64,000 nt of DNA from Acidobacteriota bacterium (lineage in GTDB: Bacteria > Acidobacteriota > UBA6911 > RPQK01 > JBOGJG01): positions 17,479 through 81,478 of the forward strand of contig JBOGJG010000300.1 of assembly GCA_050747825.1 (NCBI GenBank). The letters are read 5' to 3'. The notes beneath the pieces were generated by a model. The model was not told the origin of the DNA and searched no databases. It saw only the letters and a list, made by a program, of their open reading frames with translations. Position numbers and translations under genes: made by a program. How positions within the stretch are numbered: position 1 is the first letter of the stretch; each line of letters begins with the position of its first letter. This document shows positions 26,598 through 35,575 of this stretch, piece after piece.

Positions 26598-29500
26598 ATG
26601 AGAAAAGTAGCAGCTTTGATGATGCTGACCTCGGCGGCAGTGCTGGCAGGGTTTTACCCCAGCGCCGAGCGACTCGAGGGAGAGTCCTGGACGGAGCAGC
26701 CGTATAAAACCTGGGATGAGATTCGCCAGCCTGTCGATGTGTCAAAAACGCTGCTTTCGCAGCCGCCCGAAGAGGCGCAGCGTAAGAGCGCCGGTTGTAT
26801 CTCCGCCGGCTGCCACACCAGTGTGGAGCCCATGCATGTTTCCGAAAGTGTGCGCCTGGGCTGCACCGACTGTCACGGTGGAAATGCGGATGCGATAGAA
26901 AAGGCCAGGGCGCACGTGCTCCCCACAAATACGGAAGTCTTCGGTTCCAGCGCCAATCCGGTCCGCGCTTACACGGCCTGGCTGCGTGAGAGTCCGGAGT
27001 TCGTACGTTTCGTGAATCCGGGAGACTTGAGAGTGCTGGATCAAACCTGTGGGACGGCCGGTTGTCATCAGGACATTTCCTTTAAGGTCCGTAAGAGCAT
27101 GATGACCCATGGAGGAATGCTCTGGGGCGCAGCACTTTATAACAATGGAGCCTACCCGCTCAAAGACACTCCTTTCGGCGAGAGTTATGCCATTGACGGG
27201 ACTCCTCAGCGCATCCAGACGATTCCCCCTCCGACTCCGCAGGAAACCCACGATCAGGGGATAATTCCTTATCTGGATCCCCTGGCCCAATGGGGGATCT
27301 CCCAACCCGGAAATGTACTGCGCGTCTTCGAACGAGGGGGCAAGGAATTGATCGAGATCGGGATTCCGGATATCGAGGCGGAGGCCGGTCTTCCGGATAA
27401 GGGACTGAGCATCCGCGGGTTCGGCACTTTAAATCGCACCGATCCTGTCGTTCTCGGGCTGCAGAAGACTCGGCTCATGGATCCGCTCCTGCATATGCCT
27501 GGGACGAACGACCATCCGGGAGATTACCGGGCCAGTGGCTGCACGGCCTGTCACGTGGTCTATGCCAACGATCGGTCGCCCGCCCATTCGGGACCCTATG
27601 CCCGGTTTGGAAACGGCGGGATGTCGGTGACATCCGATCCCACAATTCCCAGGGATGAAGCCGGGCACCCCATACGCCACCGGCTCACTCGCTCCATTCC
27701 CTCCAGTCAATGCATGGTTTGCCACATGCACCCGGGTACCAACATGCTGACCACCTATTTCGGTTACACGTGGTGGGACAATGAGACTGACGGCAATCAC
27801 ATGTATCCGGTGCACGAGAGGAACCTGTCCGCTGAAGAGATCGATCGAATCGAAAGGGCGAATCCCGAGGGTTCGGCCGTCAAAGGTCTTTGGTCTGACC
27901 CGGAGTTTCTCAAGAATCTGACTGACCTGAATCCCCGCCTCAAGCACGTTCAATTTGCCGACTTCCATGGCCACGGGTGGGTGTACCGGGCCGTTTTCAA
28001 GCGGGATCGAAAAGGCAATCTCCTGGACAGTGAAGGCCGGATCGTCTCCTTTGATGATCCCGGCAAGTTCGAGAAAGCCGTGCATCTGAAGGACATCCAT
28101 CTGGAAAAAGGCATGCACTGTGTGGATTGCCATTTCGAGCAGGATGTGCACGGCAGCGGCAAGCTTTACAATGAACCCAGAGCAGCCATTGAGATCGACT
28201 GCATCGACTGCCACGGCAGCATTTACGAGCGGGCCAGTCTAAAGACCAGCAGTTTTGCCGCGCCTCCGGGAGGTCACGATCTGAGCGTTCTTCGGACCCC
28301 CTGGGGACGCAAGCGCTTCGAGGTGCAGGCCGAGAAGATAATCCAGCGGTCCATGGTGGTCGAAGATCTGGAGTGGGAGATCGACCAGGTCCTGGATACG
28401 ATCTCGCCGCAATCGCCCTCCTACAATGAAAAATCCCGCCGGGCAAAAACGCTGCAAAAGGATGGAAAAACCTGGGGCGGCGCACTGGATGAAGATACTC
28501 TGGCCCATTCTAATTCCAGCATGACCTGCTACGCCTGCCATTCTTCCTGGATGACGAGTTGCTTTGGCTGCCATCTATCGATGCAGGCAAACAAGATGAA
28601 AACGATGCTGCACAATGAGGGGACGATCACACGCAACTGGACTTCCTACAATTATCAGGTGCTGCGCAGCGATGTTTTCATGCTGGGAGTGGATGGGACA
28701 GTATCTGCCCACCGGGTCGCTCCGGTACGGTCCAGCAGCGCGGTTGTGGTGAGCTCTCAAACGGGAAACAGAGAGTGGGTTTACCAGACCCAGCAGACCG
28801 TGTCCGCCGAAGGATACAGCGGTCAGGCATTCTCGACACACGTCCCTCACACCGTCCGCAGCAGGGAAACCAAGGGCTGCACCGACTGTCATGTGTCCAC
28901 AGAGAACGACAATAACGCCATCATGGCTCAGCTTCTGCTCCTGGGGACTAACTACACCAATTTTATGGGGCGCTATGTCTACGTGGGAGAAAGAGAGAAC
29001 GGTTTCGAAGCAGTAGCTATTGCCGAGCGGGAGGAACCCCAGGCGGTCATCGGCAGCTACCTGCACCGATTAGCTTACCCGAGCAAGTATGAAAAGCACG
29101 AAGAGGCGCATCACGAGCTGAAAGAGGCTTATCATCACCACGGGAAGGATATTTTGAGCGTGCAGCTTCGGGGCGAATATCTATACACGGCCAACGGACC
29201 GGAAGGGCTGGAGATTTTCGACGTGGCCCAGATTGATCACAAAGGCTTTTCCGAGCGGATGGTCACCGCTCCAGTCTCCCCCCTGGGACAGCGCTTCTAC
29301 GTTCGAAGCAAATACGCGACGGCCGTGGCTTCGCCTTCTACTCTGGCAGTCGATCCCGCGCGCACCCAGCGGCCTGAAAACGACGAGCAGGCGATCGCTC
29401 CGATTTATGCTTATATTTTCTTCACCGATAAGTATGAAGGATTGATCCTGGTCAATGCGGCCACGCTTCTGGATGGAGATCCCACCAACAACTTTCTGGA

Positions 29501-30278
29501 GCGGGCGCTCACCTACAATCCTGATGGACTTCTGGATGGAGCCGTCAATCTGGCCATTGCCGGAAATCACGTTTATGTGACATGCGACCGCGGCCTGGTG
29601 ATTCTCAATTTCAAGGATCCACTGAAGCCGACCATTACGTCGGTCATTGGAGAGCCTTTCATCAAGAAACCCCGGTCGGTCGCGATTCAGTTCCGTTACG
29701 CCTTCCTAGCCGATTCCGAGGGCATCAAGGTCGTCGATGTGACCCTACCCGAAAAATCGCATCCAGTAGAAACAGGAAAATTCTTGCTCGAGGATGCGCG
29801 CGACATCTATATCGCCAGAACATACGCTTATATTGCAGCGGGCAAGCAGGGCCTGGTCATCCTGGACGTCGAACGTCCCGAATTTCCGCGCCACTTTCTG
29901 ACCTATAACGCTGAAGGCGAAATAAACGACGCCTGGCAGGTGAAGCTTGCCATGAGCAACGCCAGCTCGTTCGCTTATATCGCAGACGGCAAGAACGGGC
30001 TGCGCGTCCTTCAAATAACCTCACCGGAAAAAACCCCAGGGTTATTTGGCTACAGTCCGGAGCCCTCCCCGGAACTCATCGCCACCTATCACACTCATGG
30101 CCCCGCGGTGGCGGTAGCGAAGGGATTAGACCGCGATCGAGCCGTGGACGAGAGCGGAAACCAAATAGCGGTGTTTGGCCGGCGCGGCGCCCGCCCCTTC
30201 AACTTCCAGGAAATGCAGCGGCTGTATCTAAAGCAGGGCAAGGTCTACCAGGTAACAGATGAACTGCCCAGGAAATAG
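26598..30278 (+). CDS. Large multihaem c-type cytochrome (8 CxxCH plus 2 CxxxxCH motifs) fused to a C-terminal LVIVD-repeat beta-propeller
   Basis: Signal peptide. The motifs are CISAGCH, CTDCH, CGTAGCH, CTACH, CMVCH, CVDCH, CIDCH, CYACH, CFGCH and CTDCH. The C-terminal 450 aa carry repeated GL.I.DV / GLVIL.. motifs (LVIVD repeats). Confidence 0.8.
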   Translation: MRKVAALMMLTSAAVLAGFYPSAERLEGESWTEQPYKTWDEIRQPVDVSKTLLSQPPEEAQRKSAGCISAGCHTSVEPMHVSESVRLGCTDCHGGNADAIEKARAHVLPTNTEVFGSSANPVRAYTAWLRESPEFVRFVNPGDLRVLDQTCGTAGCHQDISFKVRKSMMTHGGMLWGAALYNNGAYPLKDTPFGESYAIDGTPQRIQTIPPPTPQETHDQGIIPYLDPLAQWGISQPGNVLRVFERGGKELIEIGIPDIEAEAGLPDKGLSIRGFGTLNRTDPVVLGLQKTRLMDPLLHMPGTNDHPGDYRASGCTACHVVYANDRSPAHSGPYARFGNGGMSVTSDPTIPRDEAGHPIRHRLTRSIPSSQCMVCHMHPGTNMLTTYFGYTWWDNETDGNHMYPVHERNLSAEEIDRIERANPEGSAVKGLWSDPEFLKNLTDLNPRLKHVQFADFHGHGWVYRAVFKRDRKGNLLDSEGRIVSFDDPGKFEKAVHLKDIHLEKGMHCVDCHFEQDVHGSGKLYNEPRAAIEIDCIDCHGSIYERASLKTSSFAAPPGGHDLSVLRTPWGRKRFEVQAEKIIQRSMVVEDLEWEIDQVLDTISPQSPSYNEKSRRAKTLQKDGKTWGGALDEDTLAHSNSSMTCYACHSSWMTSCFGCHLSMQANKMKTMLHNEGTITRNWTSYNYQVLRSDVFMLGVDGTVSAHRVAPVRSSSAVVVSSQTGNREWVYQTQQTVSAEGYSGQAFSTHVPHTVRSRETKGCTDCHVSTENDNNAIMAQLLLLGTNYTNFMGRYVYVGERENGFEAVAIAEREEPQAVIGSYLHRLAYPSKYEKHEEAHHELKEAYHHHGKDILSVQLRGEYLYTANGPEGLEIFDVAQIDHKGFSERMVTAPVSPLGQRFYVRSKYATAVASPSTLAVDPARTQRPENDEQAIAPIYAYIFFTDKYEGLILVNAATLLDGDPTNNFLERALTYNPDGLLDGAVNLAIAGNHVYVTCDRGLVILNFKDPLKPTITSVIGEPFIKKPRSVAIQFRYAFLADSEGIKVVDVTLPEKSHPVETGKFLLEDARDIYIARTYAYIAAGKQGLVILDVERPEFPRHFLTYNAEGEINDAWQVKLAMSNASSFAYIADGKNGLRVLQITSPEKTPGLFGYSPEPSPELIATYHTHGPAVAVAKGLDRDRAVDESGNQIAVFGRRGARPFNFQEMQRLYLKQGKVYQVTDELPRK

Positions 30279-30316
30279 AGGGACGTTCAATTTTGCAGGT
30301 GAACGTCCCTCTATTT
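30275..30316. terminator. Palindromic bidirectional terminator (atagagggacgttcaattttgcaggtgaacgtccctctattt)
   Basis: A perfect 14-bp stem between convergent cytochrome genes. Confidence 0.55.
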
Positions 30317-30321
30317 AGTCT

Positions 30322-31596
30322 CTACAAGACTTGCTGGATTTTGGCGAGTTGGGTGGCGAATTCGGAAGGGCTGTAACGTGAGGTGGATTGGAGCCACTCA
30401 TAGAGACGCGCGATTTGGGCGTCCAATAGTTCGTTTGTCTTTCCGGTGTTCTCTCTCCAGGACCTGAAAAGAGCATCCACACTCATGGTCGCCTGCTCGG
30501 CTGAGCGGATTCCTGATTGTGCGATGTTCTGGGCGTCGCCTGAAATGGCTCTCATGATCTGAAGCGCCATCGGCTCACCCAGGTTTGCGGCCTGCCATTG
30601 TGAGATCAGCGAATCCGTCAGATCGGCAAGCTGACGGGCCGTGCGGGCGATCTGGAGCCGGTTATCCGCCGGCTGCTGGAGGTGCTGTTTCAAGTTTTCC
30701 ACGAGCTGTTCCAACTGTTGTCTTTGTCCGCCCGAAATGGCGGTTACCGCATGGCGAAAGACGATATAGCGCGAAGGATTCCAGGGTGGGATTCCAGCGA
30801 TGCCCTTATACCCTCGGGCCTGCCGTTCGCTGGGAAGGACGAGGTTATGGTGGCAGGCGAAACATTCGAAATCCGCAAAATCAGGCCAACCCGCCCAGGA
30901 GGGCTGTTCCACTCGATGGGCCAACTGCTCCATGGACTCTCGCAGCGACACGGCCTGGCCGATGGCCCAGCGACGCAGGCCCTGCCAATCTCCTTCAGGC
31001 TCGTCCCAGTGACGGGGCATCAGGGCGCTAAACGTGTCCAACTCAAAGACCAGGTCGGGATGGCCTGCCGCAATCAGTTGGTGATTGACCGTTTTCTCCT
31101 GGTTTCCCAGGTGGCAGGACAGGCAGGTATCGGCGCGCACATCGAAATCTCTAGTGTCGTTCATTCCGGCACTGAGCGACTGCTGATGCGTCCAGTCGCG
31201 AGTGGTATGAGGTCCCAGCCATTGGGAGGCGGGTCCGTGACAACTTTCACAACCGACTCCGTCGGAAATCTCAAAGGTGCGCGCCTGGCGCTGCTGCGGC
31301 GCATTAGTGGTATGGCAGTCCAGGCACAGTGTTGCCGTGTGCGGCTCAGAAATTCCCAAGTTGCGAGCGATCTGCTGGGAGCGGGGCTCCAACAGCACTG
31401 CATAAGCTTTTGCATGCCCATCCTTAGTGGACCAGATTTGGTATTCGTTCTGCTTGATCCGGCCGCCGGTTCTGGGCCACACGCTTCCATGGCAATTACT
31501 GGAGGCGCAGGATCCTGCCCCGGTGAAATTCACCTGGTCCTGAGGAGATAAAAGAAGAAATCCGGCCAGCGCGATGGGAAGCAGCATTACCGCCAT
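30322..31596 (-). CDS. Multihaem c-type cytochrome (4 CxxCH plus 1 CxxxxCH)
   Basis: The motifs are CASSNCH, CLDCH, CESCH, CLSCH and CFACH, with a signal peptide. Confidence 0.8.
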   Translation of the reverse strand: MAVMLLPIALAGFLLLSPQDQVNFTGAGSCASSNCHGSVWPRTGGRIKQNEYQIWSTKDGHAKAYAVLLEPRSQQIARNLGISEPHTATLCLDCHTTNAPQQRQARTFEISDGVGCESCHGPASQWLGPHTTRDWTHQQSLSAGMNDTRDFDVRADTCLSCHLGNQEKTVNHQLIAAGHPDLVFELDTFSALMPRHWDEPEGDWQGLRRWAIGQAVSLRESMEQLAHRVEQPSWAGWPDFADFECFACHHNLVLPSERQARGYKGIAGIPPWNPSRYIVFRHAVTAISGGQRQQLEQLVENLKQHLQQPADNRLQIARTARQLADLTDSLISQWQAANLGEPMALQIMRAISGDAQNIAQSGIRSAEQATMSVDALFRSWRENTGKTNELLDAQIARLYEWLQSTSRYSPSEFATQLAKIQQVL

Positions 31597-31730
31597 GGAT
31601 CAAGGCAAAATATAACCGCCGTACAGGAGTAAGTCAAACTCCAAGATTTCACCCTTACCGGACACGAGAATTGCTATAATCCCGCCTACGAAGTAAACAC
31701 TTCGAAGTAAACACTTCGTGGCTTTTTTGC

Positions 31731-33404
31731 ATGATCATTCACGAACTACGGACGATTCAGGATCAGTTTGGCTACCTGCCGCGAGAGGAGCTAAAGAGGC
31801 TTTCTCAGAAGATCAATGTGCCGCTGTATGAGCTTCATGGAGTGGCCAGTTTCTTTCCCCACTTCCGGCTGGTGCGCCCGCCTGCAGTGGACATCGGCGT
31901 CTGCATGGATATGCCCTGCCATCTCCATGGCTGCGCTGGTCTGAAGAAGCAGATCGATCAAGCGGCGCAGGAAAGCAAACTTGACGTGGAGGTGCGGCCG
32001 GTCTCCTGTCTGGGACAGTGCGACCGGGCACCGGCCGTAGCTGTAAACGATCATATTTTTGCGCATCAATCCCCTCGGGAGACGCTGGCGGTTGTGACCG
32101 CTGCTTTGAAGGGCGCCAAGCTGGAGCATCAATCCTTTGGGGGGGGCGCCAGGCGCCATGCAGCCGATCCATACGACGGCGAGGGCGCGTACGGAGTAGT
32201 CAAAGATCTTCTCCAGTCGCAGGATTTCGAAGGCGTGCTGGAAAAGCTGAAATCGGCCAATCTAAGAGGGATGGGCGGAGCGGGCTTCCCTACCGGAGTG
32301 AAATGGGAGCTGGTTCGGAAGGCTGAGGGCGATGAGAAATATGTGGTCTGTAATGCCGACGAGAGTGAAGTTGGGACCATCAAAGATCGCGAGATCATGA
32401 AGGATCTTCCCCACCTTCTGGTCGAAGGGATGATCATCGCTGGACTGGTCACGGGCGCTCGCAAGGGCATCATCTATATCCGTCACGAATATCATGAGCA
32501 GGAAGAAGTACTGCGGGAGGAAATCATTCGAGCCAGGCACGCCCGTCTCGTGGGAGATGGACTCCTGGGCTCGAACCACACCTTCCATCTGGAAATTTTC
32601 GTCAGTCCGGGTGGCTACATCTGCGGCGAGGAAAGCGCTCTCTTGGAAGCCCTTGAGGGAAAGCGGGCCCAGCCGCGCAATAAGCCTCCTTTTCCGGTCA
32701 CTCAGGGCCTTTGGAACAAGCCCACTGTCATTAATAACGTTGAGACGTTCATTTATGTGCCACTGATCCTGAAAAGAGGCCCGGAATGGTTCCAATCCAG
32801 AGGGCGGAACGGGATTCCCGGGCTCAAGTTTGTGGGCGTCAGCGGCCACGTGAACAATCCGGGCGTCTTCGAGGTTGCGATGGGGACGCCTATTTCTGAA
32901 GTGATTTACGACCATGCCGGAGGAATCAGCCAGGGGAGGCGGATGAAAGCCTTTGCCCCTTCCGGGGCTTCCTCGGGTTTTCTCCCCGCCTCCATGGCGG
33001 ATGTCCCCATGGATTTCCAGAGCCTGGCTAAAGCCGGTTCAATGATGGGTTCGGGGGCGATAGTAGTGGCTGCTGAAGGGACCTGCCTTCTGGATCTGGC
33101 GCTAAATGCCGTCCGCTTCTTTCGCAACGAATCATGCGGAAAGTGTGTTCCCTGCCGGGTGGGCTCGCAAAAGCTGGTTGACATTCTCTTCCGGATCTCT
33201 CAGGAAGGCGGCACAAGAGAAGACCTTGAGGTGATTGAGCGTATGGCCGATACCCTGATGATGACTTCGATTTGTGGTCTGGGTCAGGTGGTCCCCAAGC
33301 CGATTACTTCCGTTATCCAGCATTTCCCCGGGGAAATCGAAGATCACATTGTAAATCAGACGTGCCCTTCGGGAGTGTGTTTTAGCGAGAGGAAAACAGG
33401 GTGA
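31731..33404 (+). CDS. NAD(H)-binding flavoprotein: fused NuoE-like [2Fe-2S] thioredoxin-like domain plus NuoF/HoxF-like FMN and [4Fe-4S] subunit
   Basis: The N-terminus has a C...C....C...C 2Fe-2S pattern (CMDMPC...CLGQC). GMGGAGFPTGVKW is the NADH-binding loop. ...ESCGKCVPCRVG is the N3 cluster. Confidence 0.85.
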   Translation: MIIHELRTIQDQFGYLPREELKRLSQKINVPLYELHGVASFFPHFRLVRPPAVDIGVCMDMPCHLHGCAGLKKQIDQAAQESKLDVEVRPVSCLGQCDRAPAVAVNDHIFAHQSPRETLAVVTAALKGAKLEHQSFGGGARRHAADPYDGEGAYGVVKDLLQSQDFEGVLEKLKSANLRGMGGAGFPTGVKWELVRKAEGDEKYVVCNADESEVGTIKDREIMKDLPHLLVEGMIIAGLVTGARKGIIYIRHEYHEQEEVLREEIIRARHARLVGDGLLGSNHTFHLEIFVSPGGYICGEESALLEALEGKRAQPRNKPPFPVTQGLWNKPTVINNVETFIYVPLILKRGPEWFQSRGRNGIPGLKFVGVSGHVNNPGVFEVAMGTPISEVIYDHAGGISQGRRMKAFAPSGASSGFLPASMADVPMDFQSLAKAGSMMGSGAIVVAAEGTCLLDLALNAVRFFRNESCGKCVPCRVGSQKLVDILFRISQEGGTREDLEVIERMADTLMMTSICGLGQVVPKPITSVIQHFPGEIEDHIVNQTCPSGVCFSERKTG

Positions 33405-35575
33405 GCGACGCAGGGAAGATCAATCTGACCATCGACGGAGTGCAGGTCAGCGCCAGCCCCGGCGCCACGATTTGGGAAGCCGCTCGCTCTGCCGGAATCG
33501 AAATCCCTGTTCTTTGCCACCAGTCCAATCTCGATCCCGTGGGTGTTTGCCGGGTGTGCGCGGTCGAAGTCCAGGGAGCCCGGGTTTATGCAGCCGCCTG
33601 CGTGCGCGCTGTCGAAAACGGGATGGTCGTCTCTACCGGTAATGCGCGATTGGAACAGTCCAGAAAAACGCTGATCGAGCTGCTGCTGTCAGACCATCCG
33701 GCTCCCTGTGCCCGCCACCAGAAATTCGGCGATTGCGAGTTGGAAGTCCTGGCCGAAAAGACTGGGGTCACTCAGCCCGCTTTTAACTCGCGGACGGCAT
33801 CCAAAGGGGCTGACGTTTCCAACCTCAGTATCTCCGTTGACCACAGCGCCTGCATCGTTTGCGATCGCTGTGTGCGGGCTTGCACGGACCTTAAGCACAA
33901 CAATGTAATCGGCCGTATGGGCAAGGGATATCTCACCAGCATTTCCTTTGATGATGACCGGCCTATGGGGGAGTCGAGCTGCGTCAATTGTGGAGAATGC
34001 ATGGTTTCCTGTCCCACCGGAGCGCTGACGTCCGGTGAAATGGTGGGGACCAGAATGGATTCCGGCGATGTGCTCAGTCCCGAAGATCTCTTGCGCTATC
34101 CCATCTTTGCGGGTATCTCCAGCGCATTTCTGGCACGAAATACCGGAGGCATAGTCAGGCGCCATTATCGAAAAGGCGAAATCATCTGCCGCGAAGGAGA
34201 ATACGGGTCCACGGCGTTTTATATCCTGCAGGGCCAGGTGGATGTTTTTCTGGGCACCAGTGTCGCCCACGTCGCCAAGCGAAGAGATTCCGGCATGGGT
34301 TGGTTCAAGAAGATGACCAGCGTACTGGTGTCCCGTACGGAAGATCCGCGGAGCGGCGAAAAGAGACAGAGCTATATTCCTATTGACGCTCCGGTTGATC
34401 TTTCCTACGATCGGCCGGTCGCGCAACTGGGCGAGGGCGACCTGTTCGGGGAGATGACCTGTCTGAACTTCTATCCCCGATCGGCGACGGTGCGCGCTGC
34501 TGAAGACTGCATCGTCCTCGAGATGCTGCGCAACGTCCTTCAGATCCTCCAGAAAAACCGCGATTTCCAGGCCCATATGGAAGAGGTCTACAGGAAGCGC
34601 GCCCTGGATAATCACCTGCGCAGCGTTCCCATCTTTCAAAACCTCCCGTCGGATTTTCTGGAATATCTAAGAGATCGCGTACAACTGAAGCGGTTTGAGG
34701 CAGGAGAGGTCATCTGCCGGCAGGGAGAGCCGGCGGATGCCTTCTATCTGGTGCGGATTGGGCACGTGAAGGTTTCTCAAGCTCGCCCTGGAGGTGAAAT
34801 GGTCCTGGCTTACCTGGCTAAGGGCCTGTACTTTGGCGAGATTGGTCTTCTGGCGAGAGGCGAGAGGACGGCCACCTGCACGGCGCTCGATCACGTGGAG
34901 GTTGTAAAAATCTCGCAGCGGGAATTCGACCAGATGCTGTCGCAATTTCCGGATATTCAGACCGAGCTCCAAAGAGTGGCCGGCCAGCGCCTGGAGTCCA
35001 ATGAAAAGCAGAGCGAAATGCTGAAGACGGTACCGCTGGATGATTTCCTGTCCCAGGGTTTGATGCAAGCTCAGAATCTCCTTGTTCTGGACCTGGAGAG
35101 TTGCGTGCGCTGTGATGATTGCGTGCGCGCCTGTGGCGCCGCTCACGACGGGTTTACCCGCCTGGTTCGCGAGGGCCTTCGCTTCGATAAATACCTGGTG
35201 GCTACATCCTGCCGGCAATGTAGAGATCCGCTCTGCATGGTCGGTTGTCCGGTGGGAAGCATACGGCGCCAGGATTCTCTGGAAATCATCATCGAGGATT
35301 GGTGTATCGGATGCGGCTTGTGCGCGCAGCAATGCCCTTACGGGAATATCAACCTGCATGAGTTTCCGGTCCGCGAGAGGAACCCGGAAACGGGAGCGTT
35401 CGAAACCGTTCTTAAGAAGAAGGCCACAGTCTGTGACCTTTGCACCGATCACAAGGAGCCAAGCTGCGTCTACGCCTGCCCGCACAATGCGGCTCATCGT
35501 GTAGACCCCCGGACATTCTTCGATCTGCAGCTCCAGCCGACCGGCTTGGCTTCTAAGGAGCCGAGCTCATCGTGA
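33401..35575 (+). CDS. HoxU/NuoG-N-terminal-like Fe-S protein with two inserted cNMP-binding domains and a C-terminal 2x[4Fe-4S] ferredoxin module
   Basis: The N-terminal 215 aa have a 2Fe-2S motif (CHQ...CRVCAVEV), then HP..C...C (His-ligated cluster), then CIVCDRCVRAC and CVNCGECMVSCP. Two cNMP domains follow: ...GEIICREGEYGSTAFYILQG...FGEM....RSATVRA and ...GEVICRQGEPADAFYLVRIG...FGEIGLL...RTATCTA. The C-terminal Cys motifs are CVRCDDCVRAC, CRQCRDPLCMVGCP, CIGCGLCAQQCP and CDLCTD....CVYACP. Confidence 0.8.
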   Translation: MSDAGKINLTIDGVQVSASPGATIWEAARSAGIEIPVLCHQSNLDPVGVCRVCAVEVQGARVYAAACVRAVENGMVVSTGNARLEQSRKTLIELLLSDHPAPCARHQKFGDCELEVLAEKTGVTQPAFNSRTASKGADVSNLSISVDHSACIVCDRCVRACTDLKHNNVIGRMGKGYLTSISFDDDRPMGESSCVNCGECMVSCPTGALTSGEMVGTRMDSGDVLSPEDLLRYPIFAGISSAFLARNTGGIVRRHYRKGEIICREGEYGSTAFYILQGQVDVFLGTSVAHVAKRRDSGMGWFKKMTSVLVSRTEDPRSGEKRQSYIPIDAPVDLSYDRPVAQLGEGDLFGEMTCLNFYPRSATVRAAEDCIVLEMLRNVLQILQKNRDFQAHMEEVYRKRALDNHLRSVPIFQNLPSDFLEYLRDRVQLKRFEAGEVICRQGEPADAFYLVRIGHVKVSQARPGGEMVLAYLAKGLYFGEIGLLARGERTATCTALDHVEVVKISQREFDQMLSQFPDIQTELQRVAGQRLESNEKQSEMLKTVPLDDFLSQGLMQAQNLLVLDLESCVRCDDCVRACGAAHDGFTRLVREGLRFDKYLVATSCRQCRDPLCMVGCPVGSIRRQDSLEIIIEDWCIGCGLCAQQCPYGNINLHEFPVRERNPETGAFETVLKKKATVCDLCTDHKEPSCVYACPHNAAHRVDPRTFFDLQLQPTGLASKEPSSS

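Noticed and set aside
27429-28214. 261-aa minus-strand ORF
   Set aside because: It lies inside and antisense to the haem-motif-rich cytochrome gene and has no features.
33689-34639. 316-aa minus-strand ORF
   Set aside because: It is antisense to the HoxU-like/cNMP gene, which has dense conserved Cys and cNMP motifs.
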